From Micavibrio sp. (GTDB lineage: Bacteria; Patescibacteriota; Minisyncoccia; Moranbacterales; GCA-2747515), in NCBI GenBank assembly GCA_020718085.1, contig DYDB01000006.1, positions 8,510 through 72,509 of the forward strand: DNA of 64,000 nt, in the 5' to 3' direction. The notes beneath the pieces were generated by a model. That model was not told where the DNA came from. It did not search any database and saw only the letters and a list, made by a program, of their open reading frames with translations. The position numbers were made by a program, and so were the translations under genes. Shown piece by piece: positions 9,765 through 20,085 of the stretch. Positions within the stretch are counted from its first letter, which is position 1; every line of letters starts with the position of its first letter.

Positions 9765-11825
9765 ATGAGAATAAAAAAGATGAAGTACACGACAAGACTG
9801 TTTATGGGAGTGATCGCAATCTGTGCCGCTTTGATTTTTGCGATTTCTACAAAATCAATCTATGACTCCACAGGTGGTTTATATAACCTCGGAGAAAAGG
9901 CAATTCAAGGATTTTTGCAATCGATGTACAATTCGTTGGTTCTGCAAGGTGATCTGACTAAAGAAAAACTATCTTCCGATAGTAGGGTGTTTTCTCGTGA
10001 GTTGGAATCGATGGGGAAAATCGGTCTTGCAGCAGATCAGGAAATATCTGTCACAATGACCGATCAAGATGACCCGCGTATATCAAAAACCGTGAAAATT
10101 CATCCTCTCAAAGTTGGTGAAAATATTCTCAACGGTGACGAGAAGCTTGTGGATAAAATACAAGAAATAATTGGCGGAAGAGCGACGGTCTTTCAGGTTG
10201 TAGACGGTGTGTTATTGCGTATTTCCACAAATGTCAAAAAGGCAGATGGAAAACGTGCTATTGACACGTACATTTCATCAAAAAGTCCTGTTACACAAGC
10301 TATCCTCAGTGGGCAACCTTTTGAAGGCAAACGGGCGACTGTCGTGGGGGAGCCGTATTTGGCGACATACATTCCGTTGCGTGATGAACAAAACGCTATA
10401 ATTGGTGCAATCTTTGTGGGACGTCCGATTCTTTCTGATAAAATACGAGCGTTCATCTCGAAAACGAAGCTTGGAAAAGGATATTTTTTCGTGTATGATA
10501 ATACGGAGAAGAAAACGGTAGTTCTCCATCCGTTGCTTGAGGGAAAAAGTCTCATTGAGGCTGTTAAAGATTTCAAGGGACATGAAGCCGGTCGTTTGGA
10601 ATACATCTTCAATGATGTATTGAAGGTGACCTACACTATCTACATTGAACAATGGGAGCTCAATCTCGGTTTTGGTTTGAATAAGATCGACATTGTTGAT
10701 GAACTGGATAAAAAAATGATGAAAAATAACATTGTCGTAGGATTGGTTGGGATATTGATTAGTTTATGTATGACATTGTTATTAGTGAGGTCAATCAACC
10801 GTCCTCTCAAAGAATTATCACAAAAAGTAGAACAAGTTGGGTCCGGTGATTTTACGGCTATGTTTGATACAAACATGCCTGATGATGAAATTGGCAAAGT
10901 TGCAAGATCAACATCGACTATGGTTGAAAAAATGAGGAAAATGATCGGAGAGATCACTTTATCTGCTCAGTCACTTTCTGCGTCGTCCACAGAACTTTCC
11001 GCAATTTCAAAACAGATGGAAAATGGTGCGGGGGTAACCGCAAAAATTTCCGAAGAAGTCTCAGAGGATTCCACGAAAGTTGCAGCGAATATGGATGCTG
11101 TGGCTGCTGCCATGGAACAATCAACGACCAGCCATCATCTTATTGCATCTGCAACGGAAGAGATGACTGCGACAACACGCGATATCGCACAGAATGGCGC
11201 AAGAGCAAGCGCAATCACACAAAAAGCTGTTGAAAGTGCAACGCGTTCGCAAAAAAGTGTTGATCAACTTGGTAAAGAAGCAAAGGAAATCGGAAATATC
11301 GTAGAAGAAATCAAAGATATTTCTGATCAAACCAACTTACTTGCACTTAACGCGACAATTGAAGCTGCGCGTGCTGGCGAAGCTGGTAAAGGGTTTGCAG
11401 TTGTTGCCAATGAGATCAAAGAATTGGCGCGACAAACCGCGTCTGCAACCGGACACATTAAAGCATCAATTGAATCGATTCAAAAAAAGACGGAAGAAAC
11501 AGTATGTGATATTGCATCTGTTACAGCAGTGATCGGCGACGTGAATGATATTGTTGCGTCAATTGCAACAGCGGTTGAAGAACAATCCGTAACAACCGGT
11601 GAAATCGGACAAAATTTAACGCAAGCATCGCAGGGCATTGGTGAGATCAATGAAAAAATTGCTGATAGCTCGCAGATGGTGCAGGATGTGTCGATAAAAA
11701 TTGAAAAAGTTTTGGGACACGCACAAGAGGTGAACGAAGGCAGTAGCCATGTGACGATTGCTTCAACAGAGTTATCACAAATGGCAGAGAAGTTAAATTC
11801 TCTTGTGGCACAATTCAAGATCTGA
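9765..11825 (+). CDS. Methyl-accepting chemotaxis protein with a periplasmic Cache-like sensor domain, HAMP and an MCP signalling domain. ATG at 9765 preferred over the GTG at 9756
   Basis: TM1 '[16 protein letters not shown]', a ~290-aa periplasmic domain, TM2 '[19 protein letters not shown]'. Highly conserved MCP signalling motif '[35 protein letters not shown]'. GAGAGG RBS 8 nt before the ATG. Confidence 0.9.
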   Translation: MRIKKMKYTTRLFMGVIAICAALIFAISTKSIYDSTGGLYNLGEKAIQGFLQSMYNSLVLQGDLTKEKLSSDSRVFSRELESMGKIGLAADQEISVTMTDQDDPRISKTVKIHPLKVGENILNGDEKLVDKIQEIIGGRATVFQVVDGVLLRISTNVKKADGKRAIDTYISSKSPVTQAILSGQPFEGKRATVVGEPYLATYIPLRDEQNAIIGAIFVGRPILSDKIRAFISKTKLGKGYFFVYDNTEKKTVVLHPLLEGKSLIEAVKDFKGHEAGRLEYIFNDVLKVTYTIYIEQWELNLGFGLNKIDIVDELDKKMMKNNIVVGLVGILISLCMTLLLVRSINRPLKELSQKVEQVGSGDFTAMFDTNMPDDEIGKVARSTSTMVEKMRKMIGEITLSAQSLSASSTELSAISKQMENGAGVTAKISEEVSEDSTKVAANMDAVAAAMEQSTTSHHLIASATEEMTATTRDIAQNGARASAITQKAVESATRSQKSVDQLGKEAKEIGNIVEEIKDISDQTNLLALNATIEAARAGEAGKGFAVVANEIKELARQTASATGHIKASIESIQKKTEETVCDIASVTAVIGDVNDIVASIATAVEEQSVTTGEIGQNLTQASQGIGEINEKIADSSQMVQDVSIKIEKVLGHAQEVNEGSSHVTIASTELSQMAEKLNSLVAQFKI

Positions 11826-11843
11826 CATGTAGAATGTCAGGAG

Positions 11844-11879
11844 GCGGAGGAAGAAACTATTTCTTTCCTCCGCTTTTTA
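11844..11879 (+). terminator. Rho-independent terminator (gcggaggaagaaa/tttctttcctccgc + TTTTT)
   Basis: 13-bp GC-containing stem and T-run immediately after the MCP stop. Confidence 0.8.
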
Positions 11880-11910
11880 ATTTACCTTGACAACCTTAGA
11901 TGGTGTGCTA

Positions 11911-11945
11911 ATATATCTATACCTATGGTATAGGTATAGATATAT
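11911..11945. promoter_or_regulatory. Perfect 16-3-16 inverted repeat ATATATCTATACCTAT-GGT-ATAGGTATAGATATAT. Candidate operator for the downstream CsoR/RcnR-family repressor and RND efflux operon
   Basis: The reverse complement of the 35-mer equals itself except for the 3 central nt. It lies 20 bp upstream of the 11965 ATG, with a TATAAT-like 'cataat' between them. Confidence 0.6.
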
Positions 11946-11964
11946 TTAGCATAATAAAATTTAT

Positions 11965-12252
11965 ATGAATGATAAGAAAATGAAGATCGCAATTGCACTC
12001 AAAAAAGCGCGCACGAGTATTGATAAAATTTTATATGCCATGGATTCTTCGCAGGATAAAAAATGTTTTGATATTATTCAACAAAATCTTGCAGTGATCG
12101 GACTTCTTAAATCTGCAAATATCTTGATGCTTGAAACGCATCTGGACGTATCTATAGAAAGTGTAAAGAACATGACGCCGTCGGAAAAGAAAAAGATGAA
12201 ACAAATTCGTGATGAGGTTGTGCGTATTGTGCAAACAGCACAAAATAAGTAA
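11965..12252 (+). CDS. CsoR/RcnR/FrmR-family (DUF156) metal/stress-sensing transcriptional repressor with an atypical ligand set
   Basis: 'LKKARTSIDKILYAMDSSQDKKCFDIIQQNLAVIGLLKSANILMLETHLD' aligns with RcnR/CsoR '[51 protein letters not shown]'. Cys at the X position and His at Y are conserved. The Z position (i+4 from His) is Ser, and there is no N-terminal His. Confidence 0.7.
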   Translation: MNDKKMKIAIALKKARTSIDKILYAMDSSQDKKCFDIIQQNLAVIGLLKSANILMLETHLDVSIESVKNMTPSEKKKMKQIRDEVVRIVQTAQNK

Positions 12253-12255
12253 TTT

Positions 12256-13365
12256 ATGCATATGCAAAAAAAACATAAGATCATTCTCGCCATATCTATC
12301 GTACCCGTGATCATTGCAGGATCTATTTTAGTTTTCTTTACTAAAAGGAGCATGGCGGCGCAAGGAGCAGAAGAAAAAAGATATCCTGTTAAGACGATTG
12401 CTGTGCAACCTGGCGTATTTGTGCCATTTGGTGAATATGGAGGATTTGTCCAAGGAAAAGATCAATCGATTGTATCTTCAAAGATCAATGGTCGTTTAGT
12501 TGAAATGAAAAAATATGATGGGGATATCGTACACAAAGGGGATGTGATTGCTGTGATCAATGCTGATGAATTAGCACAACAAGTTGTAAATGCACAAAAA
12601 ATGATCTCGTCCTTGGAAGACACGCTTCAGGATACAAAAAAATATTATGAACAAAAAGTTGATGAAGCAAAAGATGATGACGCAAGTAAAGAGGTTGTTT
12701 CCAGTGCGAAAAAATTGCGTTCATTGCAGGTGCAAAGTGTGCAAAATAGCATTGTAGAGGCGCAAGGAAATCTGCAATTGGCACAAAGTTTCGCCAAAGA
12801 AACAATCGTGAGAGCGCCATTTGATGGGGTGATTGTACGCACATTTCAAGAAAGCAGCCAAATTGTTGGTCCAGCGACACCACTTTTTGAAATTGCTGAT
12901 ATGTCGGAATTACAGGTTGAATTGTTTGTTGCGAAAGATGCTATGTTGGAACTTCCTGTAAATGCACGCGTTGATATTTTGATTGGTGAATCAAAAAAAG
13001 TTTTGGTTGGCACAGTGACATCTGTTGGGAAGCGTGCACAGAGCAGTGCACAACAGGCACGTATAACAGTAAAAATTGAAGAAAAAACAAATGTGCAAAT
13101 TGGACAATATGTGACAGTGCAATTGCCACACAATGTGATCTACGATGATGCAATTGTCATTCCAGAAGATGCGATTTTACAAAAATATGATGAAACTTTT
13201 GTATTTGTCGTAGAAAATGATCGTGCGATTATGCGTAAAATAGATCTTGGTGTGATATATGACGGAAAAGCGGCTGTGACCTCCGGCATTTCTTCCGGAG
13301 AACATGTCATTGTAGAGGGCATGCACACAGTGAGAGATCGATATTATGTAAAAGTCTATGATTGA
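12256..13365 (+). CDS. Efflux RND transporter periplasmic adaptor subunit (membrane fusion protein, HlyD family)
   Basis: N-terminal TM anchor, coiled-coil region, beta-barrel/lipoyl-like motifs (VTVQLPHNVIYDDAIVIPEDAI), ~369 aa. It begins 4 nt after the regulator stop. Confidence 0.8.
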   Translation: MHMQKKHKIILAISIVPVIIAGSILVFFTKRSMAAQGAEEKRYPVKTIAVQPGVFVPFGEYGGFVQGKDQSIVSSKINGRLVEMKKYDGDIVHKGDVIAVINADELAQQVVNAQKMISSLEDTLQDTKKYYEQKVDEAKDDDASKEVVSSAKKLRSLQVQSVQNSIVEAQGNLQLAQSFAKETIVRAPFDGVIVRTFQESSQIVGPATPLFEIADMSELQVELFVAKDAMLELPVNARVDILIGESKKVLVGTVTSVGKRAQSSAQQARITVKIEEKTNVQIGQYVTVQLPHNVIYDDAIVIPEDAILQKYDETFVFVVENDRAIMRKIDLGVIYDGKAAVTSGISSGEHVIVEGMHTVRDRYYVKVYD

Positions 13366-16300
13366 TATGAAAAAATTGCCAAAAACGGATCTTGGAATTG
13401 CAGGAAAATTGACATATTTTTTCCTTCATAATACAGTTTTTTCCGTTCTCTTGATCATCATTATTGTTGTGTGGGGTGTAATATCTTTTGTTGTGATGCC
13501 GAAGCAATACAATCCAGAGATCGTTGCACCGGCTTTTGTGATCACAACGGACTATCCATATGCAACGAGTCGTGAAATATATGAACAGATCACGCGACCA
13601 ATGGAAGATAAAATATCGGAGTTGCAAAATATTGATGGTATTATGTCACAAAGCATTCCTGGCGGACGCAGTATCGTAACAGTAAAATTCGAAATTGGTT
13701 CAGATCAAGAGGATGCAAAAGTATTGCTCAATCAAAAAATGCAGGATAATATGGCGCTCAAACCAATTGGCGCACAAGATCCTCTCATTCGTTCAATTGA
13801 CCCTGATGATGTTCCAATCATGGATGTCGGCATTTCTTCGCAGATATATAGCGAAAGCTCTTTGCGTAAAATGGCATTTGATATTGCCGATGAATTAAAA
13901 AAAGTGGAGGGTGTATCAAAATTTGACGTAATTGGTGGACGTACAAAACAACTCTCTGTGAAGCCTCGTAGTGCACAGCTTTCGGCATATGATATCTCAT
14001 TGCAAGAAATTATGTCAGTAATAGCGTCGGTAAATGGTGTGTATACTTCTGACATGATCTCAAGTGATGCACGAAATTTTATCGTGAACATATCACAATC
14101 TATTTCATCACCAGAAGAGGCTGGGCAACTTATTGTGCGTGAAGAAAATGGCGCGTTTGTGCGTTTGGGTGATATCGCAGACATTTCATACGATGAAGGA
14201 GAGATCACGCATTATGTAGATATCACAGACAAAAATGGTGATGAAAAACCTGTTGTGCACATAGCATTTGCAAAGATCAAGGGAACAAATGCCACAACTG
14301 TATCAAAGGGCATAGAAGAAAAGCTTGAGGTGTTGCATGGTTCACTGATCCCTTCAGATGTTTCTGTAACGATCTTGCGAGATGAAGGCGAAGTGGCGCA
14401 AAATGAGATTGGTAAATTAACGTATGATCTTATAAAGTCAATTATAATTGTTGCAGCATTGCTCATGATCTTTTTGGGCATGCGTAATTCTATGGTTGCT
14501 GCAGTATCTATTCCGCTTGTCCTGCTTGTGGTCTTTGGTATCGGATTGCTCTTTGGACACACGGTAAATCGCATCACGCTTTTCGCACTCATTTTATCTT
14601 TGGGACTTTTGGTAGATGATGCAATTGTTGTGATTGAAAACATTGCGCGGTATTTTCGGATGTATCCACAAGAAAATAAAAAGAAGGTGATCGTTTTTGC
14701 AGTAAATGAAGTTGGTTCGGCATTATCATTATCAACAGTGACAATGGCATTGGCATTTGTGCCTATGGCATTTGTAACAGGCATGATGGGTCCGTATATG
14801 GGTCCAATCCCATTTTTTGTACCAGTTGCTCTTTTAGCATCACTCGTTCTTTCCGTAACGATCAATCCGTTTCTTGCGCTGATTTTTACAAAACAAACAC
14901 AACGATCGCAAAATATTTTTTTGCGGTGGTTTGGCATTATAGAGGAAAAGTATGCACATGGCGTAGATTACCTGCTCGCAGAAAAGAAACGTTATCGCAT
15001 GACAATCATGGTCGTGATGATCATTTTTGTGTTTTCGGTTATTTTGCCATTTACACCGCTCGTGCCGTTTCGCATGCTTCCAAAAGCGGATCGTGATCAG
15101 TTTTATGTGTACCTTGATCTGCCAAGTGATACCACAAGTGAAAAAATGCGAACTGTTGCACGTACGGTCACAAAGTCACTTGCACAAGATCAATATGTCA
15201 CAAGTGTGGAAAGTTTTGTCGGTACGGCGCCAGTGGAGGATTTTAATGGATTATTTCGCGGAAGTGGGCAGCGTATATATGAAAATCAGGCAACAATAAA
15301 AATAAACCTCACTTCACATGAATTGCGTAATTATAAGTCAGAGGATATTGCACAGGAATTTCGCTTGCGGTCACGAGATGTCATTGCACAGCATCCAGAT
15401 CTTACAATACGCATTGTGGAGGATCCGCCGGGACCACCTGTTCTTGCAACATTTTTGATAAAAGTTACGGGGAAGGATGATGTTATGCGTGAGCAGATCG
15501 CAGAAGATGTTCTATTGCGCGTGCAGAATATTTCCGGCGTTGACGATATTGATATTTCATCGCCAAATCATGTGCTTCATCAGACATATAAGATCAATAC
15601 AGAAAAAGCACAGCAGCTCGGTGTATCGCCAAAAATGATCGCACAGACATTGCATACAGCGCTATCGGGTTCCATTGCTGGGATCTATCATCACGATGAT
15701 ATACGATCATCACGATACGCTGAACAAGAATATATCATTGTACAATTATCGCATGATGATCGTGATGCTGCAGATGTGCTTTCAACGCTATCCGTCACAA
15801 CATCGCATGGTGTGCAAATTGGTATTGGGGAATTTTTGGAAAAAACAAATACATCTTTTGATATGCCGATCATTACAGATGCACGAAATGTCGTAACATA
15901 TATTTCCGGGGAAATGGTAGGACGTAGTGTCGTGTATGCAGCAATCGAACTTTTGTCGCAATTACGTACATATAATATTCCGAACAGCGAAGGTCAATTA
16001 GTACACTGGTCACTTTTTGGTGCGGAATATGAAGATATGGCTAGCGGGCAAAAATATGAGGTCTTGATCGATGGAGAATGGAAGTTAACATTGGAAATCT
16101 TTCGTGATCTAGGTATTGCGATGGGCATTGCAATTTTTATGATCTATTTTGTACTTGCTGGAAAAATAAAATCGTTTTTTGTACCACTGTTGATCATGGT
16201 GAGCATTCCACTTGGTTTTATCGGTGTATTTTTTGGGTTTGCGATACTTTTTGCGATCAAGGGAACGTATTTTAATGCAACATCAATGATTGGGATCATT

Positions 16301-16609
16301 GCACTTGCTGGGCTATCTGTAAAAAATGCTGTGATCTTTTTGGAATATCTTGAGCCACTGCACTCTGTCGGATATGATTTGCGCAGAGCATTGGTGGAAA
16401 CAGGGCGTATTCGTCTGTTGCCGATCGTGCTCACATCTCTTACGGCGATACTTGGGTCACTAACGATCATTTCCGATCCTGTGTGGGAAGGTTTGGCATG
16501 GGCTCTCATTTTTGGCTTGACGGTGTCAACTGTCTTAACTTTGGTTATTTTTCCACTTATGTATTACGCCTTCATGAAGGATCGATGGAATGATAAAATA
16601 AAAAAATAA
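13358..16609 (+). CDS. Efflux RND transporter permease subunit (AcrB/CzcA/HAE family), 12 TM with two large periplasmic loops
   Basis: 1083 aa. Typical layout of TM1, a large loop, then a TM cluster 'ALLMIFLGMRNSMVAAVSIPLVLLVVFGIGLLFGHTVNRITLFALILSLGLLVDDAIVVIEN' carrying the conserved D-D in TM4, repeated in the C-terminal half. It overlaps the adaptor-subunit stop by 8 nt (translational coupling). Confidence 0.9.
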   Translation: MIDMKKLPKTDLGIAGKLTYFFLHNTVFSVLLIIIIVVWGVISFVVMPKQYNPEIVAPAFVITTDYPYATSREIYEQITRPMEDKISELQNIDGIMSQSIPGGRSIVTVKFEIGSDQEDAKVLLNQKMQDNMALKPIGAQDPLIRSIDPDDVPIMDVGISSQIYSESSLRKMAFDIADELKKVEGVSKFDVIGGRTKQLSVKPRSAQLSAYDISLQEIMSVIASVNGVYTSDMISSDARNFIVNISQSISSPEEAGQLIVREENGAFVRLGDIADISYDEGEITHYVDITDKNGDEKPVVHIAFAKIKGTNATTVSKGIEEKLEVLHGSLIPSDVSVTILRDEGEVAQNEIGKLTYDLIKSIIIVAALLMIFLGMRNSMVAAVSIPLVLLVVFGIGLLFGHTVNRITLFALILSLGLLVDDAIVVIENIARYFRMYPQENKKKVIVFAVNEVGSALSLSTVTMALAFVPMAFVTGMMGPYMGPIPFFVPVALLASLVLSVTINPFLALIFTKQTQRSQNIFLRWFGIIEEKYAHGVDYLLAEKKRYRMTIMVVMIIFVFSVILPFTPLVPFRMLPKADRDQFYVYLDLPSDTTSEKMRTVARTVTKSLAQDQYVTSVESFVGTAPVEDFNGLFRGSGQRIYENQATIKINLTSHELRNYKSEDIAQEFRLRSRDVIAQHPDLTIRIVEDPPGPPVLATFLIKVTGKDDVMREQIAEDVLLRVQNISGVDDIDISSPNHVLHQTYKINTEKAQQLGVSPKMIAQTLHTALSGSIAGIYHHDDIRSSRYAEQEYIIVQLSHDDRDAADVLSTLSVTTSHGVQIGIGEFLEKTNTSFDMPIITDARNVVTYISGEMVGRSVVYAAIELLSQLRTYNIPNSEGQLVHWSLFGAEYEDMASGQKYEVLIDGEWKLTLEIFRDLGIAMGIAIFMIYFVLAGKIKSFFVPLLIMVSIPLGFIGVFFGFAILFAIKGTYFNATSMIGIIALAGLSVKNAVIFLEYLEPLHSVGYDLRRALVETGRIRLLPIVLTSLTAILGSLTIISDPVWEGLAWALIFGLTVSTVLTLVIFPLMYYAFMKDRWNDKIKK

Positions 16610-16678
16610 TTTATGTGAATTGAGATAGTGACGTATTTGTGTTATAGTGGTGCATAGATTTTAATTGTGACTATATTT

Positions 16679-17323
16679 ATGGGAATTATTGATTTTATCT
16701 TGCATGTTGATGTTCATCTGGGAGAGTTGATCGCGCAATACGGCAGTGTGACATATGGTATTCTATTTACAATTATTTTTGCGGAGACGGGATTGGTATT
16801 CACACCTTTTTTGCCGGGAGATTCACTTTTGTTCGCGGCGGGCATGTTCGCGGCAAATGGGGCGTTTGATCCAATCTTTTTAGCGGTAATTTTGATGATT
16901 GCAACGCTTTTGGGAGACAATGTGAACTATTGGATCGGGCATTATTTTGGCAAAAAGATCGTGAATAATACAATGATCCCGATCAAGCAAAAACACATCG
17001 ACAAAACAGAATTGTTCATGAAAAAATATGGGGGAAAAACAATTTTCCTCGCGCGTTTTATGCCGATCGTACGCACATTTGCACCGTTTGTTGCAGGAAC
17101 AGGGAGAATGGATTATCGCAAGTTTTTGATCTTTAGCATTGCAGGATGTGTAACGTGGGTATGGGGATTTATCTTCGCAGGATATTTTTTCGGTAATATT
17201 CCAATTGTGCGTGATAATTTTTCTCTGGTTGTTATGGGCATTATCGCGATCTCTGTCGCACCTGCATTTTGGGAATTTGCAAAAAAGATATTCCATAAAT
17301 ATCATGCAAAATATTCTGCGTGA
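16679..17323 (+). CDS. DedA/SNARE-associated (VTT domain) family membrane protein (ORF track starts at the GTG at 16667)
   Basis: 'FAETGLVFTPFLPGDSLLFAAGMFAA' is the DedA hallmark. ~215 aa, multi-TM. Confidence 0.8.
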   Translation: MGIIDFILHVDVHLGELIAQYGSVTYGILFTIIFAETGLVFTPFLPGDSLLFAAGMFAANGAFDPIFLAVILMIATLLGDNVNYWIGHYFGKKIVNNTMIPIKQKHIDKTELFMKKYGGKTIFLARFMPIVRTFAPFVAGTGRMDYRKFLIFSIAGCVTWVWGFIFAGYFFGNIPIVRDNFSLVVMGIIAISVAPAFWEFAKKIFHKYHAKYSA

Positions 17324-17361
17324 TATAATAAAGGAGTGGTGTAATTACTAAAATAAATTTT

Positions 17362-17598
17362 ATGATAGAGCAAAAGCAAAAGCATTATCGCATGTGTGTG
17401 GGATATTGGCATATTCCGCGTGCGATCTATTTGATCGGTGGTTTCTTGATCTTTGCATCCGTTTTTCTTGCTCTGATGTTTGATGAAAAATGGCTATATC
17501 TCACCCTCTTTATAGGATTTATGTTCATGAGTTTTGCGTTTACGGGGTATTGTCCGATGGCAATTCTCTTGGATAAGATTGGATTGCGACGAGAGTGA
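17362..17598 (+). CDS. DUF2892 (YgaP C-terminal-like) small membrane protein, rhodanese-associated
   Basis: 78 aa with two TM helices. 'GFMFMSFAFTGYCPMAILLDKIG' matches the DUF2892 GxCPxxxxLG motif. The same domain is fused to a rhodanese at 19537..20067. Confidence 0.6.
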   Translation: MIEQKQKHYRMCVGYWHIPRAIYLIGGFLIFASVFLALMFDEKWLYLTLFIGFMFMSFAFTGYCPMAILLDKIGLRRE

Positions 17599-17784
17599 AA
17601 AATATTTTTCAGAACAGCGGAGGAGTACGCTAAATTCTGACATGATCATGAGGATCGTCGAAAAATTCTTGGCATATCATACGTATGAGAAGAACCCTCA
17701 TCCAAAAGTTCTGTTGGGGGGAGGTCGTTTACGCGTTTATTGTTTGTATATTTTGTGATATTCTGTAAGAGAAAAGAAAAATAT

Positions 17785-19152
17785 ATGAAAAAAAAATCGA
17801 CAATTACATTTTATGGTGGTGCGGGGTTTGTGACGGGAGCAAATTTTTTATTTGACACGGGTGGACGAAAGATCCTCATCGATTGCGGTTTGGAGCAGGA
17901 GGGAGCGGGTTGTTATATGAAAGACAATGAGTTTCACTATGATCCGGCAACAGTTCATGCACTTATTGTGACACATGCACATGCGGATCACATAGGAAAG
18001 ATACCCAAGCTCGTGAAAGATGGATTTCAGGGCACAATTTATTCTACATCTGCAACTAAAGATCTTTCGGCTGTGATGCTGGATGATGCTTTGAAAATCC
18101 TCACTGAGGAGGCGGATGAATTTGGTTGTGCACCTCTTTACGATCGTGTGGATATTGCACACGCATTGTCAAAATGGCGCACAATTGAGTATCATCATCC
18201 TTTTACGGTTGGTGATGGTGTTATGATTGAGTTTCTTGATGCGGGTCATATTTTAGGTAGTGCAATGGTGCAATGTGAACGAGAAGGGCGCAGAATCATC
18301 TTTACGGGGGATCTGGGAAATTCTCCGGAGCTTATTTTGCCGGATACGGAGAAAATTCATGATGCGAATTACTTGCTCATGGAAAGCGTCTACGGCGATC
18401 GTAATCATGAAAGTCGTCGAGATCGCACAGAGCGTTTAGCTCAGGCAATTCGCGATAATTATAAGCGCGGTGGCACACTACTTATCCCGACATTTGCACT
18501 GCAACGTGCTCAAATCCTTCTTTATGAGATCAATAAGCTTGTGGAACATAAACGCGTCCCGGAAATGCCGGTATATTTTGATGCACCACTCGCACAACGT
18601 GTCACGGAAATATTCCGTCGTTATAAAAAGCTATATAACACAAGAGTGCAAACAGAGATTTCTCGTGGGGATGATATTTTTGATTTTCCACACTTTGTAA
18701 GTGTAAAGACCATCACAGAATCTTTGATGTTGGATAAAAAAAATGGCCCAAAAATTGTCATCGCAAGCTCTGGCATGTCCAATGGCGGACGCATTCGGTT
18801 GCATGAGAAAAAGCTTTTGGAAGACAAAAAAAATACGATACTTTTTGTGGGCTATCAGGCATTTGGCACCTTGGGGAGAGAGATCTCAGAACGTAAGAAA
18901 AAGAAGGTGTATATTGATGGGGTGTGGGTGCGCATGCGTGCAAAAATTGACATTATTCAAGGATATTCAGGGCATAAAGACAGTAATGGTCTCATTGATT
19001 TTGTAGGAAGTAGTGCGCAGACACTTGAAAAAATTTTTGTTGCGATGGGGGAACCGGCATCTGCACAGCATTTAGCACAAAAATTGCGTGATAAATATCA
19101 TATTGATACAAAAACGCCACATGAAGATGATGTAGAGGAAATCGATTTTTGA
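17785..19152 (+). CDS. Beta-CASP family MBL-fold ribonuclease (CPSF73/RNase J-like RNA-metabolising metallo-beta-lactamase)
   Basis: HxHxDH 'HAHADHIG'. 'DAGHILGSA'. Beta-CASP motif A 'ESVYGDRNH' immediately followed by 'RGGTLLIPTFALQRAQILLYEI' (CPSF-type signature). Motifs B/C 'GYSGHKD'. The ATG at 17785 (MKKKSTITFYGGAG) is preferred over the far-upstream GTG. Confidence 0.8.
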   Translation: MKKKSTITFYGGAGFVTGANFLFDTGGRKILIDCGLEQEGAGCYMKDNEFHYDPATVHALIVTHAHADHIGKIPKLVKDGFQGTIYSTSATKDLSAVMLDDALKILTEEADEFGCAPLYDRVDIAHALSKWRTIEYHHPFTVGDGVMIEFLDAGHILGSAMVQCEREGRRIIFTGDLGNSPELILPDTEKIHDANYLLMESVYGDRNHESRRDRTERLAQAIRDNYKRGGTLLIPTFALQRAQILLYEINKLVEHKRVPEMPVYFDAPLAQRVTEIFRRYKKLYNTRVQTEISRGDDIFDFPHFVSVKTITESLMLDKKNGPKIVIASSGMSNGGRIRLHEKKLLEDKKNTILFVGYQAFGTLGREISERKKKKVYIDGVWVRMRAKIDIIQGYSGHKDSNGLIDFVGSSAQTLEKIFVAMGEPASAQHLAQKLRDKYHIDTKTPHEDDVEEIDF

Positions 19153-19161
19153 TAAGAAAAC

Positions 19162-19199
19162 AACACAGCCTCTCAAGAAAATGAAAGGCTGTGTTTTTT
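19162..19199 (+). terminator. Rho-independent terminator (aacacagcc...ggctgtgtt + TTTTTT)
   Basis: 9-bp stem and T-run 10 bp after the stop. Confidence 0.75.
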
Positions 19200-19536
19200 G
19201 ATGCTTTATGTGACATGTTGTACGATCTCTTTTGCACAGACAGTATTTTGTATGTGTATATGTTTGTGTATTTTAGTGCCTGTGTGTGCAATTCAGTTAG
19301 CAAACCCCGCATATTTTTAACATAAGTTGTATGAGAATATGCGAGTCTATCTTTTGTTTGTCGTAACAGAAATTCACAATGTGGAAATCTATTTTTTTTA
19401 TATTGTATTTTTAAAGCACATAAAGCATACATTGGTTGTACCAAACAATATTTTTTTTGTCAAAGTTTTGCTGTGGATAACATATCGGTGTAAAATGGAA
19501 ATAGGGAAAGTTTAGATCCAGAATAATATAAGACAC

Positions 19537-20067
19537 ATGGCACAAAAAATTATTGCGCAAGATTTTTATAAAATACTAAAAGAAAATTTCGAACACGAAA
19601 GAGTGTGTGTAGATGTCCGTACAGAAGCAGAACATGATAGTGAGTGTATTGCAAATTCAATGAACATTCCTGTCGATCAGTTGCGTAGTCATCTAGATAT
19701 TCTGAGATCTTTTGAAAGCGTGTATGTATATTGTGCAAGTGGTAATCGATCAGCGATGGCATGTGAAATTCTTGAGAATAATGGCTTTAAAAAAGTATAT
19801 GATCTGCAAGATGGTCTAAATGGGTGGAAACTTGAAAAATTGCCAACAATTTGTAAAGAAAAAAATCGTTTACCGTTGATGCAGCAAGTACTAATTGTTG
19901 TGGGTGCGATCGTTTTTGGAAGTATTATTTTAGGGTATACGGTGTATGAGCTATTTTTTATCTTGCCGCTTCTTTTGAGCATTGGACTTTTGTATGCCGG
20001 TTTTAGTGGCAATTGTCTTTTGACAAAAGTTCTCATCAGAATGCCATGGAATCAACATAAAAAATAA
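19537..20067 (+). CDS. Rhodanese-domain sulfurtransferase fused to a C-terminal DUF2892 membrane domain (YgaP-like)
   Basis: Active-site loop 'YVYCASGNRSAMACEIL'. C-terminal TM region 'LPLLLSIGLLYAGFSGNCLLTKVLIRMPW'. Confidence 0.8.
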   Translation: MAQKIIAQDFYKILKENFEHERVCVDVRTEAEHDSECIANSMNIPVDQLRSHLDILRSFESVYVYCASGNRSAMACEILENNGFKKVYDLQDGLNGWKLEKLPTICKEKNRLPLMQQVLIVVGAIVFGSIILGYTVYELFFILPLLLSIGLLYAGFSGNCLLTKVLIRMPWNQHKK

Positions 20068-20085
20068 TTTTTTAACATAATTATT

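Noticed and set aside
9765-11825. A chemotaxis operon anchored by the MCP
   Set aside because: No cheA/W/Y/R/B homologs lie within the window. The MCP and the hybrid kinase appear as orphan sensory genes here.
17785-19152. MBL-fold protein as a persulfide dioxygenase (CstB/ETHE1-like), given the neighbouring rhodaneses
   Set aside because: It carries beta-CASP motifs (ESVYGDRNH; RGGTLLIPTFALQRAQ) diagnostic of CPSF/RNase-J-type ribonucleases, not the PDO architecture.
19327-19515. 62-aa + strand ORF in the AT-rich spacer before the rhodanese genes
   Set aside because: Extremely AT-rich and hydrophobic/low-complexity. It lies in an obvious promoter region. No RBS.
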